A DNA stretch of 63,604 nucleotides from Clostridiaceae bacterium (GTDB taxonomy: Bacteria; Bacillota; Clostridia; Saccharofermentanales; Fastidiosipilaceae): assembly GCA_012520525.1 (NCBI GenBank), contig JAAYOA010000032.1, positions 1 through 63,604 on the forward strand, written 5' to 3'. A model generated the notes under the pieces. The model was not told where the DNA came from, did not search any database, and worked only from the letters and a program-made list of their open reading frames with translations. This document shows positions 40,262-51,778 of the stretch, one piece after another. Numbering within the stretch: position 1 is the first letter of the stretch; each line of letters starts with the position of its first letter. The translations under genes were made by a program, and so were the position numbers.

Positions 40262-40303
40262 AATATATTTCTCCTAAATCTTAATTCGTTAATCTTGAAA
40301 CCT

Positions 40304-40332
40304 TGACACATGAAATGTCGCATATTATTATA
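40304..40332 (+). promoter_or_regulatory. candidate sigma-A promoter upstream of tRNA-Pro
   Basis: TTGACA-17 nt-TATTAT, about 95 nt upstream of the tRNA. Confidence 0.5.
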
Positions 40333-40429
40333 ACAAAGCGTGCTTAAGTTACTATTAACAATGATCTAGGAAATAGATGACAAATTAATTTGCCTTGTGA
40401 AGTTGAAGTATGGTAACATTGACATCTGC

Positions 40430-40505
40430 CGAGGTGTAGCGCAGTTGGTAGCGCGCCTGTTTTGGGAACAGGATGTCGCAGGTTCAAGTCCTGTCACCTC
40501 GACCA
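40430..40505 (+). tRNA. tRNA-Pro (anticodon UGG), CCA encoded
   Basis: Hand-folded. Acceptor CGAGGTG/CACCTCG. D-arm GCGC-AGTTGGTA-GCGC. Anticodon stem CCTGT/ACAGG with loop TTTGGGA. T-arm GCAGG-TTCAAGT-CCTGT. The 40366..40584 minus-strand ORF on the track is a shadow of this gene. Confidence 0.9.
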
Positions 40506-40507
40506 AT

Positions 40508-40545
40508 AACCCCTGTAACATCGTTGTTTCAGGGGTTTTATCTTT
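40508..40545 (+). terminator. rho-independent terminator after tRNA-Pro
   Basis: AACCCCTG-loop-CAGGGGTT followed by TTTATCTTT. Confidence 0.75.
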
Positions 40546-40644
40546 GTTGTGGTGACGTTTTGGCAACCATAAAAGCGACCACATGAAATAAGGGTCGCTG
40601 AATATGATGTGCTGCTCGCTAATTATGAAGTTTTGAAAATATCC

Positions 40645-41082
40645 TCAGTTGCTTGGTATTACCTTTACATAAAATGTACGATTACGCGGACCGTCAAATT
40701 CCATAAAATAAATGCCCTGCCAGATACCCAACATCAATTTACCGTCGTTGACAATGAGAACCTCACTGGCACCGACGCAACTTGACTTCAAATGAGCGTC
40801 CGAATTCCCTTCCATGTGGCGATAGGCTCTTAATTTAGGATACACATTATTGAGACCATGCATCAAATCCGTCTTTACATCGGGATCTGCATTTTCATTA
40901 ATAGTGATCGCACCCGTTGTATGGGGACAAAAGACCACACAAATCCCTTCGCGAATGCCGCTGTCGTGCACCACGCTGGCAACCTCATCGGTGATGCGAT
41001 ACATGCCTTCTTTATCAGTTGTCAGGGTAAACGCTTTAAACACTTTTGCCTCCCAAGATGCTATAGCAATGTCTTTATACAA
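40645..41082 (-). CDS. YjbQ/UPF0047 family protein (secondary thiamine-phosphate synthase-like)
   Basis: Family blocks CPHTTGAITINENADPDV and HMEGNSDAHLKSS. 145 aa. Overlaps the HAD gene stop. Confidence 0.85.
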   Translation of the reverse strand: MYKDIAIASWEAKVFKAFTLTTDKEGMYRITDEVASVVHDSGIREGICVVFCPHTTGAITINENADPDVKTDLMHGLNNVYPKLRAYRHMEGNSDAHLKSSCVGASEVLIVNDGKLMLGIWQGIYFMEFDGPRNRTFYVKVIPSN

Positions 41083-41822
41083 TCAAACGCTGAATCTAAA
41101 TCGGCAACGTGATGGGTCGCCATCTTAGCTTCAGGAAAAGCGATCGCAATCGCCTCTGCACACACTTCAAACATTGGAACATCATTCCAGGTATCACCAA
41201 CAGCAATACTTCTCTTCTGATCAATACCCAAATAATCGAGTAGCTTAAGGATTGCTTTGCCTTTGTCAATATGGGCTGGAGAAATATCAAATGAATCATT
41301 ATGAGGAAAAATGATCAATTGGTTTTCTGAGAGCCAGTTTTCTTTAATGTCTAACCATTCTCGGATCGCTTGTTGAGTTTCAGCAGTGTCGAAAAAAATA
41401 GTAACCGCAACCTCATTTGGCTGAAACCATATGTGGTCACCAAACGTTGCGACAGCATCTTTTCTTATCTGTTCACAAGCTGCCACCGCAGCCGCCGAAA
41501 TCGGCAACCGCAGTCGTTCTCGGGGTGGAAGGGCAACATCCTTTTGTAGAGTCGCACCATTTTCACCAATTAACCAAACAAATCGTAGACCTGCTTGACG
41601 ACACAATCCCGTTAAATAATAAAGAGGTTTGCCCGAGGCTATACAAATTATATGTCCCTGATCCTGCAGCGCCTTTATGGCTATTAATGCCGTTTCAGGA
41701 ATAGGTCGACTCAAGGGTGCCAGGGTACCATCCAAATCAAATAAGATGAGATGTTGGTTAACCACGGAATCCTCTTGAGTCAACGCAGTCTCGTGATCGG
41801 TCGGGTAGTGCACCACAAACAT
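41061..41822 (-). CDS. HAD-IIB (Cof-type) phosphatase
   Basis: Motif I LFDLDGTL, motif II ASGK, motif IV GDTWNDVPMF. Confidence 0.8.
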   Translation of the reverse strand: MFVVHYPTDHETALTQEDSVVNQHLILFDLDGTLAPLSRPIPETALIAIKALQDQGHIICIASGKPLYYLTGLCRQAGLRFVWLIGENGATLQKDVALPPRERLRLPISAAAVAACEQIRKDAVATFGDHIWFQPNEVAVTIFFDTAETQQAIREWLDIKENWLSENQLIIFPHNDSFDISPAHIDKGKAILKLLDYLGIDQKRSIAVGDTWNDVPMFEVCAEAIAIAFPEAKMATHHVADLDSAFDCIKTLL

Positions 41823-41831
41823 TTACTTAAC

Positions 41832-42308
41832 TTAAGCCTTATTATCAGATTTTCTTGCAGTTTTCGCATCAGATTTTGTAGTTGTCTTTTCATCCGTTTT
41901 TGCTTTTTCTGCAGTTTTAGCCTTGGCTGCAGTTTGTGTCTTGGTTGCAGCGGAGGCTTTTGTTGTCTTTTTAGCTGCGGGTTTTGTGGTCTTTTTTGAT
42001 TTTGTAGTCTTGCGAGTTTTCGTCTGTTTGGTAACTTTCTCAGTTGTCGGAATGATCTCGTTGGCATACTCGTGACCACAAATTCTCTCCAACCAATTCT
42101 TTGCATCTTCCAAACTTAGGGGGATGATATCCTCTTCGGGATACTGAGAGTCATGTCCACCTTTTACCAGCAAAAAATAATCATCCTTTGCCTTCTCAAA
42201 CATGATCTCTTCAAAGCCGCGGCTGTCACCAAAATAACTAACATTCTGTTTGCCGACTTCTTTAGATTTCTCGGTATCATAAATCTTTCGGCCAATTTTC
42301 TTACGCAT
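41832..42308 (-). CDS. hypothetical protein with globular N-domain and histone-H1-like Lys/Thr/Ala-rich tail
   Basis: Strong RBS (AGGAG, 6 nt spacing). The C-terminal roughly 70 aa read TKQTKTRKTTKSKKTTKPAAKKTTKASAATKTQTAAKAKTAEKAKTDEKTTTKSDAKTARKSDNKA. Confidence 0.6.
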   Translation of the reverse strand: MRKKIGRKIYDTEKSKEVGKQNVSYFGDSRGFEEIMFEKAKDDYFLLVKGGHDSQYPEEDIIPLSLEDAKNWLERICGHEYANEIIPTTEKVTKQTKTRKTTKSKKTTKPAAKKTTKASAATKTQTAAKAKTAEKAKTDEKTTTKSDAKTARKSDNKA

Positions 42309-42495
42309 TTTAATCTCCTTTTGTCAACTAACAACAGTTTTCTCTTAGTCCAACGTTGCATACTTAATACTAGATTTAACTGTAGAAATTTAACGTCCTC
42401 ATTATAACATGATTTAAATAGTTCAATTCAAACGTGAATTTCCACACATTTTTAACAATTTATGAGAAAAGCTTGTACACACCTTTGACAACTTA

Positions 42496-43809
42496 TTAAT
42501 TTGTTTCCATCAGCCAGACTTTATAAGCAAAAGGTTCAAGTTCACTTCCTGCACCAAAATCGTGATCTGTATCAGTGATTAACTCCCTTGCCCTTCCACA
42601 ACCTGCATCAAAGTGCAGCGTCGCCGGTTGGTCATCCATATTGACTGCGGTCATAATCCTCTGCTCCCCATCTTTGCGCTCGAATATAAGCTGTTTATTT
42701 TGAATCAACACATTGCGGAAAGCGCCTCTGGCTAGCACAGGATAGCGCCGTCGAATATCCGCCAACTGTGCAATTAACTCTGTCAGTTCATTCCATTCCG
42801 GTTGGCGTATTGATTGCCGCACATCGGCATCGTCATGCTGTACACTTCCCTCTATCCCCCACTCTGAACCGTAGTAAATACAGGGCAGTCCCGGCATAGT
42901 AAATATGATGGCATAAGCCAGCGGGAGACAACGCTTATCTTGGATCGCTGTGGCCGCTCGGCTTAGATCGTGGTTATCAACAAAGGACAACAGAGGCAAG
43001 TCGCGATAAAGCGCCCACTGCTCCTGCCCAAACTGGCGCTGCAGTGAATGAGCAACTTCAAATAAATTGTGGGAATTGAGAGCTGAGACAAGTCCCTTTG
43101 CACACTCATAATTTGTCGCCGAATGACACATTTCACCGTTAACAATCTGTCGGTAATCTCCATGGATCATTTCACCTAGAAGAAAAAATTCTGGATCGAG
43201 AGACAGACAGTGGTCGTGCAAACGACGCAAGAAATTTCTGTCCACCATATATGCCACATCTAGGCGCAGACCTTTGATCCCATACTCGGTGACCCAATGT
43301 GTCACTTGTTGGAGCAGATAATCCACCAACTCAGGATTATTTAAATTCAATTTTACAAGTTCATAGTGACCTTCCCAATTATCATAGTGAAAGCCGTCGT
43401 TAAAGTGGGTGTTGCCACCAAAGTGAATATGAAACCAATCTTTGTAGCGAGAACTTTCTTTATTTTCTATCACATCTTGAAAAGCCCAAAAGCCGCGGCC
43501 AACGTGATTAAAGACGCCGTCAAACATGAGAGCTAAACCAGCATCATTGTAAGTTTTACAAATTGTCTTGAGATCTTCATTGGTACCCAATCGGGGATCT
43601 AATTTATTGAAATTGCGGGTATCATAGCCGTGTCGATCACTATCAAACAGAGGATTAAAAATAACGCCGTTAATATTCATTTTCTGTAGATGAGGCAACC
43701 AGTCTAGCAACTGCATGATGCGAGATACCACCTGACCGTCATTCTCACGGGGCGCTCCACACAATCCCAGTGGATAGATCTGGTAAAACACACTCTCTTT
43801 ATACCACAT
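42496..43809 (-). CDS. GH13 alpha-amylase-family glycoside hydrolase (cytoplasmic, no signal peptide)
   Basis: GH13 regions DGVFNHV, GLRLDVAY (nucleophile Asp), LLGEMIH (acid/base Glu) and FVDNHD. Confidence 0.85.
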   Translation of the reverse strand: MWYKESVFYQIYPLGLCGAPRENDGQVVSRIMQLLDWLPHLQKMNINGVIFNPLFDSDRHGYDTRNFNKLDPRLGTNEDLKTICKTYNDAGLALMFDGVFNHVGRGFWAFQDVIENKESSRYKDWFHIHFGGNTHFNDGFHYDNWEGHYELVKLNLNNPELVDYLLQQVTHWVTEYGIKGLRLDVAYMVDRNFLRRLHDHCLSLDPEFFLLGEMIHGDYRQIVNGEMCHSATNYECAKGLVSALNSHNLFEVAHSLQRQFGQEQWALYRDLPLLSFVDNHDLSRAATAIQDKRCLPLAYAIIFTMPGLPCIYYGSEWGIEGSVQHDDADVRQSIRQPEWNELTELIAQLADIRRRYPVLARGAFRNVLIQNKQLIFERKDGEQRIMTAVNMDDQPATLHFDAGCGRARELITDTDHDFGAGSELEPFAYKVWLMETN

Positions 43810-44029
43810 AAATATACTCCTTTATGTTTTTATTTTTCTCAAATGAAATATTTTATCAAAGATTAATGAGCCTATTGGGCACAAGTTGTCCCCAAATTGA
43901 ACATGACTTCACGACAATTCAGCTTAATCATCACATCTTTACAGTTTTTATTTAATGGATCATGGGAAAACGTCTTTGCCTTCAATGAATAATTCGTCAT
44001 CCATTCTAAGATAAATATGCTTCTTCCCC

Positions 44030-46159
44030 TCATTCGGCAGAGCCGTCTGTCAAAAGTCTGCCCGCCAAGAGAACAACTGTCCGCGCTGGTATATACATAT
44101 GACCTTTGACTATTCCAGTCTGTTTGCGATTAATAACAACTTGTTCGCCCTGTTCAGCACTCGTATTGACGTGAAGATGCCACTGATAACCTGGCGGAAG
44201 TTCGGGCAAGATCACATCTGCACCCTCCCAGTGCATATTGAGATAGAGTAGCACAAACTCATCCTGCTTCATGGCTTCATTATGACCAGAATACATCAAA
44301 CCCATAAAGCGACTTTCAAAACTGCGATCAAGGACGAAGGGCGCATGACCGTGGAAAGATACCTGTGGATAACCACAGACCGGAGGTAGTTTGCTGGCGC
44401 GACGGAGCAGTGAATATTTTTTTCGAATGCATATCATACCACGAACGAAATTGAATAAGTCTTGATTTTCTTCAAGTTGATCCCAATTGAGCCAGGAAAT
44501 CTCGTTGTCCTGACAGTAGGCATTGTTGTTTCCAAATTGGGTGTTGCCAAATTCATCTCCAGCCAAGATAAGCGGGGTGCCGCGACTACAAAGCAACGTG
44601 GCATAAGCATTCCTCACCATACGGCTACGGAGGGCCAGCACTTCAGGGTCGTCGGTATCACCCTCATGACCACAGTTCCAACTGTTATTGTTGTTTTCTC
44701 CATCGGTATTATTCCAGCCATTACCAAGATTATGTTTAGTGCTATAACTATATAAGTCACGCAGCGTAAAGCCATCGTGACAGGTAATAAAATTCACTGA
44801 AGCATCGGTTCCGCGCACCTGTTCGTCGTAAATGTCAGGAGAGCCCATAATCCGCTTAGCTGCCGTCTCGGCCAGTCCCGCATCTCCCTTGAGAAAACAG
44901 CGGACATCGTTGCGGTATTTGCCATTCCACTCCGACCAACGCTTCCACGCAGGAAATGTACCCACTTGATACATCCCGCCAGCATCCCATGCCTCGGCAA
45001 TTAGCTTGACATTTGCCAGAATAGGATCTCTAGCCAGACTCTCTAGCAAAGGAGGACGCTTCATCGGATGACCTTTTTCGTCCCGAGTTAATATCGAAGC
45101 CAAATCAAAGCGATAGCCATCTATGCGGAATTCTGTTGTCCAGTAACGCAGGCTGCGTCTAATCATCTGCAGCACTACGGGGTGATTACAATTAAAAGTA
45201 TTGCCACAGCCACTAAAATTATAATATGTTCCATCCGGTGCCAGTAGATAATAGACATTGTTGTCTATACCTTTAAAATTAATAATTCTGCCGTTCTCGT
45301 CACCTTCAGCTGTGTGGTTATAGACAACATCAAGGAAAACTTCTATACCATTATGATGAAGTTCCCTAATCAACGATTTTAGCTCATTGCCCTCACGAGT
45401 CAATTCAAACCCAGACATATATTTGCTGTGGGGCGCAAAAAAAGATATGGGATTATAGCCCCAATAATCTATGAGAATATTATTATTGTATTCTCGTTTA
45501 TCTAAATTTTCGTCAAAAGCAAAGATTGGCTGTAGTTCGACAGCATTAACACCTAAACGCTTCAAATATGGAATTCGTTCCTTGAGCCCCAAGAAAGTGC
45601 CTGGTGCAGTGACACCTGAAGAGTGATGCCGTGTAAACCCCCGTACATGCAATTCATAAATGATCAGATCTGACATGGGGATCTGGGGATTAACCTCATC
45701 CCACCAGTCAAAGTCCGAAGCGACCACTCTGGCACGATAGGGAAATTCCGGTTTTTCATCGGGTCGTCCTGGCAAGCTAAAAGTAACAATATTTTTGGCA
45801 TAGGGATCTAAGATCGGCTGTTCTGGATTGAACAACAATCCATTGTCAGGATCATAGGGTCCATCCAGTCGATAAACATATTCAAACTGGTCTATTTCTA
45901 AACCATATACAATCATGGAATAGACGTTACCAATTTTATAATTTGAAGGGAAAGGAATAATAGCATAAGGTTGTTCTGCTTGTCGTTTAAAAAGCAACAA
46001 CTCACAATAGGTCGCATTCTGACTTTCTATAGTAAAGCTAACTCCGCCATTGACTGGTGTCGCTCCGTATTCTTCGTAGTATCCTGGTCTAATCCCATGT
46101 CCTGAATGAAAACTCAAGGGTTTCAAACGGTTTCTGTTGCGTAAAGTGTTGCGCAGCAT
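44030..46159 (-). CDS. glgX: glycogen debranching enzyme (GlgX-type GH13 isoamylase)
   Basis: Start chosen at the ATG at 46159 after AGAGG (MLRNTLRN...). CBM48-like N-domain. DVVYNHT, GYRFDLAS, AEAWD and FITCHDGFTL blocks. Confidence 0.9.
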   Translation of the reverse strand: MLRNTLRNRNRLKPLSFHSGHGIRPGYYEEYGATPVNGGVSFTIESQNATYCELLLFKRQAEQPYAIIPFPSNYKIGNVYSMIVYGLEIDQFEYVYRLDGPYDPDNGLLFNPEQPILDPYAKNIVTFSLPGRPDEKPEFPYRARVVASDFDWWDEVNPQIPMSDLIIYELHVRGFTRHHSSGVTAPGTFLGLKERIPYLKRLGVNAVELQPIFAFDENLDKREYNNNILIDYWGYNPISFFAPHSKYMSGFELTREGNELKSLIRELHHNGIEVFLDVVYNHTAEGDENGRIINFKGIDNNVYYLLAPDGTYYNFSGCGNTFNCNHPVVLQMIRRSLRYWTTEFRIDGYRFDLASILTRDEKGHPMKRPPLLESLARDPILANVKLIAEAWDAGGMYQVGTFPAWKRWSEWNGKYRNDVRCFLKGDAGLAETAAKRIMGSPDIYDEQVRGTDASVNFITCHDGFTLRDLYSYSTKHNLGNGWNNTDGENNNNSWNCGHEGDTDDPEVLALRSRMVRNAYATLLCSRGTPLILAGDEFGNTQFGNNNAYCQDNEISWLNWDQLEENQDLFNFVRGMICIRKKYSLLRRASKLPPVCGYPQVSFHGHAPFVLDRSFESRFMGLMYSGHNEAMKQDEFVLLYLNMHWEGADVILPELPPGYQWHLHVNTSAEQGEQVVINRKQTGIVKGHMYIPARTVVLLAGRLLTDGSAE

Positions 46160-46169
46160 AAATACCTCT

Positions 46170-47012
46170 TTACTCAGGCTTGGACAACTCCCGCAAATTA
46201 TTGATCTCAGTAAATTCAAACTGGTATTTTAATTCGAAGGGGTCGTGTTCGGCGGTGGCTGTAAGATTAATTTCAGCTTCAAATAAATCAAAGCGATATC
46301 GATCAAATTTTAAAGTAATGAACTGATTCAACATATCCGGACTCACATTCTCGTCAAATCCTAAATTTAAAGCTGAGTTAAGAATGGCATACGTTTCCGG
46401 ATCAGTTCCTTCATAGGTGAAAACTATAGGATCCGCACCTTCCGGCTCAATAAATTTAAATTCATTACTACCTATCAATGATACCAGTTCCTCAAACTTG
46501 ACGGCTGGATATATGCCTTGTTCCTCATCATAGGGTGTAAATTCAGCTTGATCACCCTTAGACACATAATCTTTGCCGTCATACTGCATAAAAGCAAGGC
46601 GATTGCCTGTGTCGTCCACAACAAGCTGATACTGGTTGCCCGTTTGTGGATAATAGTCGATTAAAACTTGACCCTCTAAAGTCTCGGTTTCAACCTCTTC
46701 TTTATCAAAATCACCCATAGGCATAATTTGATAGATGCTATAGGACTCTCGCACCGAACGCACCTCTGAACCGCGTTTCAATATAGTCTGTCGCAGAACA
46801 GATTCGTCCGGCACAGGATCGGGAGGCGCGGTTGTGGTGGCCACAGGCTTGGCAGTAGTTAAACTTGGAGGTATCGTTCCTGTCGTAGATTGAGTTGAAG
46901 ACACCGTTTCAGGACTATTGTCAGGTAAAAGGAAAACGCCAGCCAACAAAATGCTAACTAACACCAATACAACAACAATAGTTAGGCCACGGCGGGCTCC
47001 TCGTGATCGCAT
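46170..47012 (-). CDS. hypothetical membrane-anchored extracytoplasmic protein
   Basis: N-terminal basic stretch plus TM (RRGLTIVVVLVLVSILLAGVFLL), a Thr/Pro-rich linker, then a roughly 200-aa domain. The stop lies 10 nt before the glgX start. Confidence 0.55.
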   Translation of the reverse strand: MRSRGARRGLTIVVVLVLVSILLAGVFLLPDNSPETVSSTQSTTGTIPPSLTTAKPVATTTAPPDPVPDESVLRQTILKRGSEVRSVRESYSIYQIMPMGDFDKEEVETETLEGQVLIDYYPQTGNQYQLVVDDTGNRLAFMQYDGKDYVSKGDQAEFTPYDEEQGIYPAVKFEELVSLIGSNEFKFIEPEGADPIVFTYEGTDPETYAILNSALNLGFDENVSPDMLNQFITLKFDRYRFDLFEAEINLTATAEHDPFELKYQFEFTEINNLRELSKPE

Positions 47013-47180
47013 CCTAATCTATACCTCGCTATCCAAACTAATAAATCCTAAACTAGTAAAATATTTGATAGTCAAACAGATTTTAACATATTGGTTAGGG
47101 AGAATCTTCTATTGTTATAATATAGAACACATAGCGCAACATACTATCAACAAGTGAGCAATATATAAGGAGTTAAGCCC

Positions 47181-48086
47181 ATGGGAAAGCACCCTTATTT
47201 ACAAAAAGTTATCAATTATATCGCTGCACAAAGTCTATCTGTCGCCCATCTTCGTCTTTTTCAAGGTGGACAGCTAATAGATAAATGGGATGCACTGCCC
47301 GTCATGCCCTTGGATCAACGATCAATTACTAAAGCCGTTGTAGCACTAGCCTTCGGTTGCATGACGGTCGATTACGGATTAGATACTACAGACTCGGTGC
47401 TATCTTTTTTCCCTGAATACGCTGCGCAGTTAGAAGACACGCCGTGGCAAGACGTGCAGATCGCCCACTTGCTGACCATGTCCCATGGGCAACCAGGGCA
47501 ACGACTAATGGCAGATTACCGCCGCAACCACCGAGAAGATGATTGGCTTCAATTTTGTTTTTTCGACAAATTTATTGATCGACCGGGTGCTTCCTTTCGT
47601 TATACTAACACCGCGCCCTATCTGCTCGGTCTGATTATGTCTGCCCAAATCAACGAACCCTTAGCGGACTATATTCAGCGCCGTATTTTTGATCCCTTAG
47701 ACATTCCCCGCCCCACCTACACCTATGACCCTGACGGACGTTTTTTCAGTGGCTCTGGCATTCATATGAGTACCGACGATTTGGCTCGCTTAGCTGTGGC
47801 TGTGGCAGAGTCCGATGACGAACAATGGGTGCCGTGCCAATGGCTAAAGCGCATGACAAGCCCAATCATTAAAACAGGCTCATCTGAAATCGACCGCCGG
47901 CACTATGGCTATTACATTTGGATCGGACGCCAGAATAGTTGGTATATGTCGGGAGTTAACGGTCAAATCGCCCTTTACGCACCTGAAAAGGACCTCTTAT
48001 TTTGCAGTAATGGGAACGTTCCTGAATCAGGTAAAATGATTCAATGTTACTGGGACTTTGTCCACCCAACTGTACCGACAATTTAA
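47181..48086 (+). CDS. serine hydrolase, beta-lactamase/PBP4*-like family
   Basis: SxxK motif (RSITKAVV) near the N-terminus and a class-C-like YxN context (FRYTNTAPY). 301 aa. Confidence 0.7.
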   Translation: MGKHPYLQKVINYIAAQSLSVAHLRLFQGGQLIDKWDALPVMPLDQRSITKAVVALAFGCMTVDYGLDTTDSVLSFFPEYAAQLEDTPWQDVQIAHLLTMSHGQPGQRLMADYRRNHREDDWLQFCFFDKFIDRPGASFRYTNTAPYLLGLIMSAQINEPLADYIQRRIFDPLDIPRPTYTYDPDGRFFSGSGIHMSTDDLARLAVAVAESDDEQWVPCQWLKRMTSPIIKTGSSEIDRRHYGYYIWIGRQNSWYMSGVNGQIALYAPEKDLLFCSNGNVPESGKMIQCYWDFVHPTVPTI

Positions 48087-48137
48087 ACTTCAGATAAACT
48101 AAACGGACATCACACCGATCATACAACGGAGGAAATT

Positions 48138-48803
48138 ATGAGTACGACAAATCAACCACAAATTAAGTATATTCGGGAAACGGGTATGGCCAGCAACAGT
48201 TTTATTATTTCTGGCGATAATTATAATTACCTCGTCGATCCTTCCCAGGAATTTAAAGTTTCTGCTACAAAGGATACTGGTAAGCCCACAGATCCACCCG
48301 TCTTTGACGCCATTCTTTTGACCCACGGCCATTTTGACCATATCCGCAGTCTGAATAAGTTTAGAAGTAAAAATACACCGGTATATATTCACACCGACGA
48401 TGGAATTTTCTTGACTGATCAACAATACAATTTGTCCGGTTTATTTGGTCAACCTACCACGTATGATCCAGCAGAACATTTATTGCAGGACGGTTCAGTA
48501 ATTGATTTAGCGCCGGAACTAAAGGCCACCTTGTTGCACACACCGGGGCACACGCCGGGCAGTTCTTGCTTTCTGCTGACCTTTAACGAAACGCCTTTTG
48601 CTCTATTTAGCGGCGATACTATTTTTATGGACAGCATTGGACGCACTGACTTCCCCGGTGGTAACTCTTCACAGATGAAAGCATCCCTTGAAAAAATAAA
48701 AAAATGGGCGGTGGATTGGCCGGAAGATCTTCCTGTCTTTTCGGGACATGGTCCCGTCGCGCCCATCAGTCAAATTCTGAAATATAATATGTGGCTGAAG
48801 TGA
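48138..48803 (+). CDS. MBL-fold metallo-hydrolase (glyoxalase II-like)
   Basis: THGHFDH zinc motif and downstream HTPGHTPGS. Confidence 0.85.
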   Translation: MSTTNQPQIKYIRETGMASNSFIISGDNYNYLVDPSQEFKVSATKDTGKPTDPPVFDAILLTHGHFDHIRSLNKFRSKNTPVYIHTDDGIFLTDQQYNLSGLFGQPTTYDPAEHLLQDGSVIDLAPELKATLLHTPGHTPGSSCFLLTFNETPFALFSGDTIFMDSIGRTDFPGGNSSQMKASLEKIKKWAVDWPEDLPVFSGHGPVAPISQILKYNMWLK

Positions 48804-48871
48804 TCATAGGGAAGCTGCGATCCGAACATTTTCGTGTGAAAAAATAACAATTTCCAAAACTGGTAATGACA

Positions 48872-48920
48872 ATCAGCTAGCAATGTCACTCGCAAACACT
48901 GTCTAGCTGATTTTATTTTA
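48872..48920 (+). terminator. rho-independent terminator after the MBL hydrolase gene
   Basis: ATCAGCTAG-loop-CTAGCTGAT followed by TTTTATTTTAAT. Confidence 0.6.
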
Positions 48921-48923
48921 ATA

Positions 48924-49397
48924 TTATTTTCTGCGTTTTTTCTTTTGTTCCATCTTTTGCAGCATATGTCCATAAAGTTCCACCACATGGATGCGCGCTT
49001 TGGCACGGCGAATGGCATGTTTGCCGTGAATTAAATCCCGCTCTGTCGCGGCAGGATTATTGATTCGCTTTTCTGCCCGTTCAAGTGCGCGCTGCGCCCG
49101 CTCCACATCAATGTGTTCAACCAACTCTGCCGCCGTCACAACCACCATCACCTCGGTTGGTGACACTTCAGCATAGCCCACCGAAGCAAAAAAATTACGC
49201 CACTCCGGCTCTTTATTTGTTTCATTTTCGGAAATAAGACGATAGCGCAGAGGACCGGGCACAATTGCCACAACTGTTGGCACATGGCCGGCCATAAAGC
49301 CTTCACTACCTGATTTACTCGTGACCGTGACCAGATCACCATCTTCGGCATGATATTGTGTCGTCGGAGTGATGATCGTCAATTTAATATGACCCAT
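48924..49397 (-). CDS. atpC: F1 ATP synthase epsilon subunit (with short basic C-terminal tail)
   Basis: N-terminal beta-sandwich pattern (LTIITPT...V.V.S..G..G.MAGH.P). Position after atpD. Confidence 0.9.
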   Translation of the reverse strand: MGHIKLTIITPTTQYHAEDGDLVTVTSKSGSEGFMAGHVPTVVAIVPGPLRYRLISENETNKEPEWRNFFASVGYAEVSPTEVMVVVTAAELVEHIDVERAQRALERAEKRINNPAATERDLIHGKHAIRRAKARIHVVELYGHMLQKMEQKKKRRK

Positions 49398-49406
49398 CTT
49401 CTCACC

Positions 49407-51761
<2,355 letters not shown>

Positions 51762-51778
<17 letters not shown>

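Noticed and set aside
40366-40584. 72-aa minus-strand ORF on the track
   Set aside because: It lies entirely over the tRNA-Pro gene and its terminator, so it is a shadow ORF.
36389-40644. tRNA genes as possible integration sites of mobile elements
   Set aside because: No integrase, transposase, direct repeat of the tRNA 3' end or foreign-looking gene block flanks either tRNA. The neighbours are housekeeping genes.
41751-42106. A Cys/Phe-rich plus-strand ORF (82 aa) and a second minus-strand frame ORF (108 aa) over the Lys-rich tail region
   Set aside because: These are low-complexity mirror or alternate frames of the KTTK/AAKK-coding repeat. The 41832-42308 frame has the strong RBS and a globular N-domain.
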